64,000 nucleotides of DNA from Limnochordia bacterium. Lineage in GTDB: Bacteria > Bacillota > Limnochordia > DTU087 > JAAYGB01. The notes under the pieces were generated by a model that saw only the letters and a list, made by a program, of their open reading frames with translations, did not search any database and was not told the DNA's origin. The translations under genes and the position numbers were made by a program. Location of the stretch: positions 12,014 to 76,013 of the forward strand of contig JAWLBR010000001.1 of the NCBI GenBank assembly GCA_041687495.1. Direction: 5' to 3'. Shown piece after piece: positions 57,337 through 64,000 of this stretch. Each line of letters begins with the position of its first letter. Positions within the stretch are counted from its first letter, which is position 1.

Positions 57337-60300
57337 GCAGTTCTCGCCTCCCCAGCTGCCAGTTCTATCAGGCGAGCATCACCAGCACTCACCAGCGCCT
57401 GGGCAACATGGGGGTGACAAGTGAAGAATAGAATCTGATGACACCGGGCAACCTCGCCCAGAACCGCGCTGGTTTGCCGCAGTCGCTGTGGGTCAAAGTT
57501 AACCACAACATCGTCCATCACCAGAGGCAGCGGAACTGAACGGCGCCCGAACTCCCGTGCCAAGGCCAAACGCATGGCCAGATACAGCTGCTCGACCGTA
57601 CCGCGACTTAGCTGCTCCACCCCTATCTGCTGCCTGTCGTTGGTCTCCACCCTGATCTCCTGTTGGCCGACGGGGGCATATACCCGAGTGTAGCACCCGC
57701 CGGTCATGGCCCTAAAATACTGCGAGGCAGTTTGCAGCACCTCCGGTTGCCTCTCTTTCTCATACTTTTCCCGAGTGGCAGCCAACAGCGCCCGAGCGAT
57801 GGCTAGACGCTGCCACTCCCAGGCTCGACACTGCAGTTCCTCCACCAATGTGTCTGCTCGCATCTGAAAGAGGGAAAGCTGCTCATCTTTCTCCATGTCA
57901 TCCAGCCGCTGGCGCAGCGAGCCTAGGCTAGTTTGACCCTCGGTTATCTGCGCTTCGGTGCTTGCCAGCCGTTCGCTCAGATCCGCCGCCTTTTGACGCA
58001 GCTCCTCCAATTGAGTCTGCTCAAGCTCGCCTCGCACCCTGCTATTCCACTGACCGCACTTGGCACCAATAGCGATTACCAGCCGACGCCGTCTTTCCTC
58101 CAGGCTTTGCCGATGGACACAGACCTCACCCTTGATGTAGAAATCGCCAATACTCTCGGCCTCAGCTTGCGCCAACAAATCCTCCACCGCCGCTTGGTGC
58201 TGGCGCAGCTGTTCTTGACACTCCCCCAACGCTTCCTTGGCAGAAGTGAGTTCGGTAGTCAGCATCTGAACTTGGTCCAGAGTTTGGTTCAGCCAAGTGA
58301 CTGTTCCGGCAGCTTCACTGCGGCTCACAGGCGGACGGCCGCAGCTCTCGCAGACTAGATTGACCCCAGCCACAAACTCACCAATTTCTGCTTCCAGCGC
58401 ATCCAGGCAAGACTGAGTCTCGTCCTGATCGTGGCGAGCGTCTTTTGCCGTCTGCGCCATTTGAATTACCTCGAGAACACCGTCCGCAGACAAGGCCGGC
58501 GACAGATGCTGTGACTGCAGCCACGTCTGAAATCTATCCTCGGCCTTTCGGTGCTGCTGTAGGGCATCTTGATATGCTCTGGCCGCCTCCTCCTGCGCCC
58601 TGGCAACCAGTCTGTCTTCCTGCGCCAACGCTTCGCATCTGTTCACCGCTGCGGTAAGGCTGGTTCTCAGGCTTCCCTCAACTTCTAGCTCCGCAATTGC
58701 TGCGCTCGTCTGCTCTGCACTCGGCGTATGCGTTCCCGTGAGCACTTCTAGGCACCGATTGAGTTGTGCCTGCTTATCCCCGACGGAGGCGTCAATCCGC
58801 TCCAATTCTACTCGCCAGTACTCCTGCTGCCCGCGAATATGTGCCCGGGCAGCGTTCGCGGCGGCCGTCAGCTGAACCCTCGCAGTCCTAGCGCTTAAGC
58901 GCAGCACAGCAAAAACCACCCAGACCGCAGCCCCGAGTACACCGAGTGCGCCTGCTGCCAAGGCCTCCTCAAACACGAACAACGCGGCGGAGGTCAGCGT
59001 GAGCAAAACGCCTCCCGCCAAGGCTATCTTGGACCTTTGGTCGCCGCTGCAGGATGGGGGGGCAGCGGGTTCGGGCTCCCCTGCCTGCTTGTGTAGTGCA
59101 TCTAAACATCGTTCAATCCTATCCCTTTCAGAGGCGAGCATCGCCATCTCCGTTTGCAAAGTGGAATGCGACTGGGCAGCCGCGCAGCGGGTCTCATAGG
59201 AGTATGGAGAAGCAGGACTCTGCCGAATAAGCTCGTCTTTGTGCCGTGAGGCTTCCTCAAAGTCGGCAGCGAGCTTGCGGCGGTTAGCCTTAACGGTGTC
59301 CAGTTCAATCCGAGCCCGCTCCAACTGTTCTTTGGTCGCCTGGACTCTGCGGGCGAACTCCCGTACAGTTTCCCGCGCCTGCAGACCTGTGTCAAACTCC
59401 ATCAACTGCTGCTCGGACCACTCGCCCCCAAGTGAGCGCAGCCCCTCTGCTACTTGGCGGGACTTTTGTTCTACCCCACGCCGAAGAGTCTCGGCCTGTT
59501 GTAAGTTCTTTTCGTAAGCACTCTTCCGCTCTTGGAGGTGCCTGACTTCCCCCCTTGCCCGCAGCAAAGCCTCTCCCTCAGAAATCGCCGCTAACAAAGA
59601 GGCAGTGTGATTCGTTTGTTCTTCACGTTCGGCGACCTCGGCTTTAAGTTCGAGGATCCGCTGCTCTAACTGCTGCATTCTCTGAACTGTTGCCGGCGGA
59701 AGCTCAGGGACCACAGGCAGCTGGTTCAGCTCATTCTCCACCTGTAGAAGCTCTTCCCACTGCTCCCAGGCCGACATCAGTGCCTTGCACCAGAGCAACT
59801 CCTGCCTAAGCTGACCGCGCCGCTGCTCTAGCTGAGTAATCGAGATGAGCAGTTCCCGCTCCTCCTCTTTGACCACACTGTACTCGTCTGGCAGCTTGCG
59901 CAGGACGGAGAGTTTCCGTGATACAGCATCTAAAGAGTCTACCAACTGATTGATGGTGGGTTTGGACCCGGCTGGCCGAAACAGTTGGTCTGCCTGCCTG
60001 GTTAAATTCTGTTCCACATCGGTGACGGGAACCGGAGTGCCTAGGCCGGCGCTGTACAGCGCTTGGCTAATCTCATCTTTATGCAGCGTATCCAACTGTT
60101 CCAGCTCGGTTAACCCAAAGGCAAAAACACTGTAGAACACGTCCCTACTGACACTGCCCAACAAATTCGGCAGGAGCTCCTCGTCAAACTGGTTGCCCGA
60201 GGCATCGGAGACGGTCACGCTCCCCGCTGATGGACCTGAGTCTCCCCCCAACCGTTCCACTGTGTAGGAAGCACCACCTTGTGTGCCGACCAAGAGGCGC

Positions 60301-60506
60301 CCTCCGTGTCGGCCGCCCCGCAGCGGCTCGCCTCGCAGCGGCTGGCCCCGTCGGTCAAACCCAAACCACATGGAACGGACAAAGTTCAGCAAAGTTGACT
60401 TTCCCGCCTCGTTGGGGCCTAAGAAGACGTTCATTGATGGCTCCAGTGTTATTTTCAGGTCCCGCCATACCCCAAATCCATCGACGTACAGTTCCCGGAT
60501 GCGCAC
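57333..60506 (-). CDS. SbcC/YhaN-like SMC-type DNA-repair ATPase
   Basis: N-terminal Walker A (FLGPNEAGKST), ~800 aa of coiled coil, C-terminal signature/Walker B region (LVMDDVVVNFD). Adjacent to a YhaO-like nuclease. Confidence 0.8.
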   Translation of the reverse strand: MRIRELYVDGFGVWRDLKITLEPSMNVFLGPNEAGKSTLLNFVRSMWFGFDRRGQPLRGEPLRGGRHGGRLLVGTQGGASYTVERLGGDSGPSAGSVTVSDASGNQFDEELLPNLLGSVSRDVFYSVFAFGLTELEQLDTLHKDEISQALYSAGLGTPVPVTDVEQNLTRQADQLFRPAGSKPTINQLVDSLDAVSRKLSVLRKLPDEYSVVKEEERELLISITQLEQRRGQLRQELLWCKALMSAWEQWEELLQVENELNQLPVVPELPPATVQRMQQLEQRILELKAEVAEREEQTNHTASLLAAISEGEALLRARGEVRHLQERKSAYEKNLQQAETLRRGVEQKSRQVAEGLRSLGGEWSEQQLMEFDTGLQARETVREFARRVQATKEQLERARIELDTVKANRRKLAADFEEASRHKDELIRQSPASPYSYETRCAAAQSHSTLQTEMAMLASERDRIERCLDALHKQAGEPEPAAPPSCSGDQRSKIALAGGVLLTLTSAALFVFEEALAAGALGVLGAAVWVVFAVLRLSARTARVQLTAAANAARAHIRGQQEYWRVELERIDASVGDKQAQLNRCLEVLTGTHTPSAEQTSAAIAELEVEGSLRTSLTAAVNRCEALAQEDRLVARAQEEAARAYQDALQQHRKAEDRFQTWLQSQHLSPALSADGVLEVIQMAQTAKDARHDQDETQSCLDALEAEIGEFVAGVNLVCESCGRPPVSRSEAAGTVTWLNQTLDQVQMLTTELTSAKEALGECQEQLRQHQAAVEDLLAQAEAESIGDFYIKGEVCVHRQSLEERRRRLVIAIGAKCGQWNSRVRGELEQTQLEELRQKAADLSERLASTEAQITEGQTSLGSLRQRLDDMEKDEQLSLFQMRADTLVEELQCRAWEWQRLAIARALLAATREKYEKERQPEVLQTASQYFRAMTGGCYTRVYAPVGQQEIRVETNDRQQIGVEQLSRGTVEQLYLAMRLALAREFGRRSVPLPLVMDDVVVNFDPQRLRQTSAVLGEVARCHQILFFTCHPHVAQALVSAGDARLIELAAGEARTA

Positions 60507-61786
60507 TATTGATCCTCCCCCAAGAGCAAGTCCAACGCCAACACTTTTGCCTCGGCCAGCAGCGCCTTCAACGCGTCTTCATCTGCCGACTTCAGGTATC
60601 GCCTCACCCTCCTGTGCGTCATCAGTGGCTCGAGCGCCGCCGCCGCCCGCTCAAGCATCGCTGGCTCAGCCCCTTCGGCCAGCTGAAGTAAATCGGCAAC
60701 AAAGTCCTCCTGGCTCCGCAGCTGTGAAAGGTCAAGGTCACGGCGAGTAGCCAAAGTCAGCTTGTGGGGGAAGACAAAGCTCCCGGTGAAGTCTGATTCA
60801 CCTTCCTGCCACATCTGGAGCAGTTCGTCTTTGACCCCCCGCTGGTTGAGCCATGGGTGCAGAACTCCCCGCCCGCTAAGTTCGATTTCCACCAAAACCC
60901 CACTGCCTCCATAGGCACGGGCTAACTGATCCAAGCGCTCACTAACTTTTCGGTTGAGATTGTCCTGGTCTGCGATCCCCTCGATAGGCAGCTCTATCTT
61001 CTCCCAGACCACGTCACTCACAGGCACGAATTCCGTAGTTATCGGCCCTTTGGGGGCAGCCTCAACTAACCAACAGCCCCGAAAGCCAGTTTCCAGAGAG
61101 TTTAGTCCCTGGGGACTACCTGAGTACACGACACTACACTCCAACGAATTGTACAGGATCCGGGCTTGGTGCACGTGCCCAAGAGCCCAATAACAATAGC
61201 CCTTCTCAACCAAGTCCTGCAATCCCGCCGGTGCGTAGTTCTCCCTGCCTCCTAGACCGTCCACACTACTGTGCAGTACAGCCACTGAACAGGCCGAATC
61301 ACCGTCAGGCCTGTCGGGAAAGCGCACAGCTAAATTCTGTACGACTTCTTTTTGCCCATAGCTAATCCCGTATACAGACGCGATGACTCGTCCGCCCCGC
61401 TTCACCGGGACCCTGCCGACTTCCCTGGAGGGCAGCCAATGCACATGCTCTGGCCAAGCCACGTCAATCCGACGCGCTTCCAAGGGATCATGGTTCCCGG
61501 CTGCAACAACGACCATGATGCCCCGCTCCTTCAGCCGCAGCAGCTGTTGGCGCACATACGCCAAAGTCCGAATGCCGACTCTACTGCTATCATAGAGGTC
61601 ACCGGCAATGATGAGACAATCCACATCGCAGCGCAGACACGCGTCTACAATCCTCTCCAGCGCCCTTAATGGGGAATTGACCAGCCGCTGCTGAAGCTGC
61701 TCAGGGACTGAACCTACTCCCCCAAATTGACTGTCCAAATGTAGATCAGCTGTATGGATAAAGCGAAAAGGCCGCACGACTCTCAA
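60506..61786 (-). CDS. SbcD/YhaO-like calcineurin-type DNA-repair exonuclease
   Basis: Metallophosphoesterase motifs (IHTADLHLD; AGNHD; GHVH). Confidence 0.8.
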   Translation of the reverse strand: MRVVRPFRFIHTADLHLDSQFGGVGSVPEQLQQRLVNSPLRALERIVDACLRCDVDCLIIAGDLYDSSRVGIRTLAYVRQQLLRLKERGIMVVVAAGNHDPLEARRIDVAWPEHVHWLPSREVGRVPVKRGGRVIASVYGISYGQKEVVQNLAVRFPDRPDGDSACSVAVLHSSVDGLGGRENYAPAGLQDLVEKGYCYWALGHVHQARILYNSLECSVVYSGSPQGLNSLETGFRGCWLVEAAPKGPITTEFVPVSDVVWEKIELPIEGIADQDNLNRKVSERLDQLARAYGGSGVLVEIELSGRGVLHPWLNQRGVKDELLQMWQEGESDFTGSFVFPHKLTLATRRDLDLSQLRSQEDFVADLLQLAEGAEPAMLERAAAALEPLMTHRRVRRYLKSADEDALKALLAEAKVLALDLLLGEDQ

Positions 61787-62004
61787 CCTCCTTCCTCAAG
61801 CCATTTCTCCTTTGTGGGAGATTACTCCATGCAAACACCCATTCCCTCCCCTTTAGGGCGAGGGTACTCCCGTCCCGGCTGCGCAAAGACTGCGCCCGCG
61901 GCCATTGGGCCTCAAATTCAGTAAAATACTAGTCCAAGCCGCATATTCTTATTTCCCGGGAAATATAATGGCAAGCAAGCCTACAAGGTCCCAAACAATC
62001 TGGC

Positions 62005-62040
62005 ACAAAAAAGCCCTGAAGGTTAGGAAACCCTCAGGGC
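62005..62040 (-). terminator. Rho-independent terminator downstream of the Gfo/Idh/MocA gene
   Basis: On the minus strand GCCCTGAGGG-tttcctaa-CCTTCAGGGC is followed by TTTTTTG. Confidence 0.65.
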
Positions 62041-62064
62041 ATATAGTCTCGTCAGGAAATGGCG

Positions 62065-63036
62065 CTAGATATTGACCACCTGGTGGGAATCTGCCGACTT
62101 GTAGGCGGCGAGAGCAACCTCCAGAGCCTTGAGACCATCATATCCGGTGATGAATGGTTCCCGGTCAAGGGCCACGGTATCGACAAAGTCCTTGACCAGA
62201 TGAAAGTCCATATCTCCACCCCACGGCAGATATCTGTGACCACTAGCTTCGGAGTACACGTCCAGTCTTTGCTTAAAGGCATCGATGCTGATAACTCCAT
62301 TCGTACCTACAATCTCCATTTTTACGTCTCCCCAGGTGGGAAACGCGCTGGGCCGTGACCAACTGGGATCCAAAGTAGCAAAAGCTCCATTCTCCAACTT
62401 CATCGACAGCAGGCCGCAATCGTCGATGCTGATTCCGTGGATCATGGAATCGGCTTCGGCATACACTTCGGTGAATTCACTGGCGAAGATCCAGCGGATC
62501 AGATCCACAACGTGAACAGTGTGATCCATCACAGCTCCACCGCCAGATAGCTCCTTCTCAATGAACCATCCACCAGGATTCCGCCCGTGGTTGGAAGCCC
62601 TTATGCCAATCAGTCGACCAAGCCGTCCCTGCTCAACAGCCTCTTTTGCCCTACGCACCGCCGGAATGAACCGACACGGGAAGGCAACTTGGAGCTTGAC
62701 ACCAGCGTCAGCACAGGCCTGGATCATCGCCTGGGCATCGGCAACAGTGGTGGCGATGGGTTTCTCTACCATCACATGTTTCCCTGCCTTGGCAGCCAGT
62801 TCAGTGTAGTAACGGTGTTTTGAGTTTTCGCTGCAGATAATCACCGCTGCAACATCTGCTCTTGCCAGCAGTTCATCCAAATCGACAAAGCTAGTTCCCA
62901 ACTCAGCAGCCATCCGTTCGCCCCGCTCAGGGTTGTCATCGGCAATGCCAGCTAACTCCACCCCGGGAATCTGAAGCAAACTCTTTGCATAAGAATAGGC
63001 ATGCATATGAGCAAAGGAAATCATCCCGATTTTCAT
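62065..63036 (-). CDS. Gfo/Idh/MocA-family oxidoreductase
   Basis: N-terminal MKIGMISFAHMHA Rossmann start and EKP motif (HVMVEKPIA); 323 aa. Confidence 0.8.
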   Translation of the reverse strand: MKIGMISFAHMHAYSYAKSLLQIPGVELAGIADDNPERGERMAAELGTSFVDLDELLARADVAAVIICSENSKHRYYTELAAKAGKHVMVEKPIATTVADAQAMIQACADAGVKLQVAFPCRFIPAVRRAKEAVEQGRLGRLIGIRASNHGRNPGGWFIEKELSGGGAVMDHTVHVVDLIRWIFASEFTEVYAEADSMIHGISIDDCGLLSMKLENGAFATLDPSWSRPSAFPTWGDVKMEIVGTNGVISIDAFKQRLDVYSEASGHRYLPWGGDMDFHLVKDFVDTVALDREPFITGYDGLKALEVALAAYKSADSHQVVNI

Positions 63037-63052
63037 TTTATCTCCCCCCTCG

Positions 63053-64000
63053 CTACAGGTGTACTGGTTTTCCGGTCGCCACAGATTCCATCGCCGCTAA
63101 AGCCAGCTGCAGTGACTTCAATGCTTCGTCACCGCTGATCATTGGCTCTTCACCGCTCTGGATGCAACTGACAAAATGTTCAATCTCGAGAAGATATGGG
63201 CTCTTGTCAACGGGACTCTCGGGAACCGCCACTTGCGCAGCAGTATCTGAGGACTTGAGAATTGCCCGCAGGGGTGATGATTCGGCACTTTCGTGGTTGA
63301 TCAAGCCCTTTTGACCAGCGATCTCCAACTTTGTCTGAAATCCACCATGGTTGAACCAACTACCTTCCACATTGGCGATCACTCCGCTCTTAAAGCGCAG
63401 TGTCACCAGGGCGTATTCGAACCGGTTGGCTTCTTGTCCCGCACTTCCCCGGGCAAAAATCCGCTCGACCTCACCAAACACCCATCTTAAGTAGTCAAAG
63501 TCGTGGATAATCATGTCTAGGACCAAGCCACCACTCCACTGGAAGTTGGCGTACCAGTCTTGCCAGGCGGTGGGAAAGCCGCCACCACCCCGCATGGTAG
63601 ACACGGTAACTGGTTTTCCAATTTCACCTGAGTCTACAACCCGCTTGGCGGCAGCGTACTCAGGAAAAAATCTGACAACATGACCAACACCAAATTTCAC
63701 TCCGGCCTGCTTGCAGGCTGCAACCATCGCCTGTCCGTCTGCATAGGTTCGTGCCAGCGGTTTTTCGCAAAACACGTGACGCCCCTTTGCCGCAGCCAGT
63801 TCGACAAATTTGCGATGCAAATGGGTCGGCACGCATACATCGATGATGTCCACATCCGCCTGAGCGATGAGATCGACTCCGTCACAGTAGACAACGGTGT
63901 CTGTCCCCTCATATTTTTGCCGCATCTCCGGTCGCAGGTCTGCCACCGCCACCAGCTGCGTATCTGGCAGCTGACGATATGCCTCAGCGTGGACTTTACC
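63053..64000 (-). CDS. Gfo/Idh/MocA-family oxidoreductase (5' end beyond window)
   Basis: EKP motif (HVFCEKPLA). In-frame translation continues upstream of the listed start to the window edge, so the N-terminal Rossmann segment is cut off. Confidence 0.75.
   Translation of the reverse strand, partial: GKVHAEAYRQLPDTQLVAVADLRPEMRQKYEGTDTVVYCDGVDLIAQADVDIIDVCVPTHLHRKFVELAAAKGRHVFCEKPLARTYADGQAMVAACKQAGVKFGVGHVVRFFPEYAAAKRVVDSGEIGKPVTVSTMRGGGGFPTAWQDWYANFQWSGGLVLDMIIHDFDYLRWVFGEVERIFARGSAGQEANRFEYALVTLRFKSGVIANVEGSWFNHGGFQTKLEIAGQKGLINHESAESSPLRAILKSSDTAAQVAVPESPVDKSPYLLEIEHFVSCIQSGEEPMISGDEALKSLQLALAAMESVATGKPVHL

Noticed and set aside
57333-61786. Large SMC-like ATPase plus calcineurin-type nuclease pair, considered as a possible anti-phage defence module (Lamassu/Gabija-like).
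   Set aside because: The N-terminus (IRELYVDGFGVW…GPNEAGKST) and the partner (IHTADLHLDS…) match the housekeeping YhaN/YhaO (SbcC/SbcD-like) DNA-repair pair of Bacillus. The context (YgjP hydrolase, oxidoreductases) shows no mobile or defence-island hallmarks.
1-64000. Search for CRISPR arrays, tandem repeats, IS elements, integrases, and tRNA/rRNA genes.
   Set aside because: I saw no direct-repeat/spacer periodicity, no transposase or integrase-like ORFs, and no tRNA-like cloverleaf candidates. The window appears to be core chromosome plus one metabolic island-like operon.

Overview
This window is GC-rich chromosomal DNA of Firmicutes type. Gene order is Gram-positive-like, and CwlD, a YjcZ-like micro-ORF and a YhaO/YhaN pair suggest a spore-former. 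A TolC/RND/membrane-fusion efflux set also implies a diderm envelope. Minus-strand genes dominate, and I saw no transposase, integrase, CRISPR array, rRNA or tRNA.

The most interesting content is a complete-looking bacterial microcompartment (metabolosome) operon on the minus strand at 128..10554. Its signature enzyme is a class II aldolase with a C-terminal amphipathic extension. It also encodes a CoA-acylating aldehyde dehydrogenase (PduP-like, N-terminal encapsulation peptide), a PduL phosphotransacylase and an acetate kinase. Shell genes are two BMC-H, three tandem BMC-P (EutN/CcmL-type) and three PduT-like tandem-domain BMC-T proteins that each carry the Fe-S cysteine motif CPGK/R. There are two PduS-like RnfC/NuoF-type Fe-S flavoproteins, each immediately followed by a PduT-like gene. 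No alcohol dehydrogenase is present. This looks like an aldolase-signature (PVM / PVM-like) metabolosome with an unusually elaborate Fe-S electron-export module.

Other content:
- A pyrimidine operon (pyrB-pyrC-carB-pyrK-pyrD-pyrF-pyrE) with a textbook PyrR attenuator (sigma-A promoter, PyrR binding loop, terminator with U11). Neither pyrR nor carA is in the operon.
- An FMN-binding lipoprotein divergent from a type-II NADH dehydrogenase fused to a C-terminal membrane domain, resembling the PplA/Ndh2 core of flavin-based extracellular electron transfer.
- A TetR-regulated RND efflux set with two tandem TolC-like genes.
- PBP2, CsoR, a LacI regulator, a GDPD, an MFS transporter, glycerate kinase, PepF, RfbB, an orphan ParA, a ROK kinase, and a paralogous pair of small proteins flanking a Pro-rich anchored protein.
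- GmhA-like SIS protein, an MCP, arcA joined to orphan fixCX, three Gfo/Idh/MocA oxidoreductases, and a YgjP-like metallohydrolase.

Many ORF-track entries on the opposite strand of these genes are antisense artefacts of high GC and are not reported.
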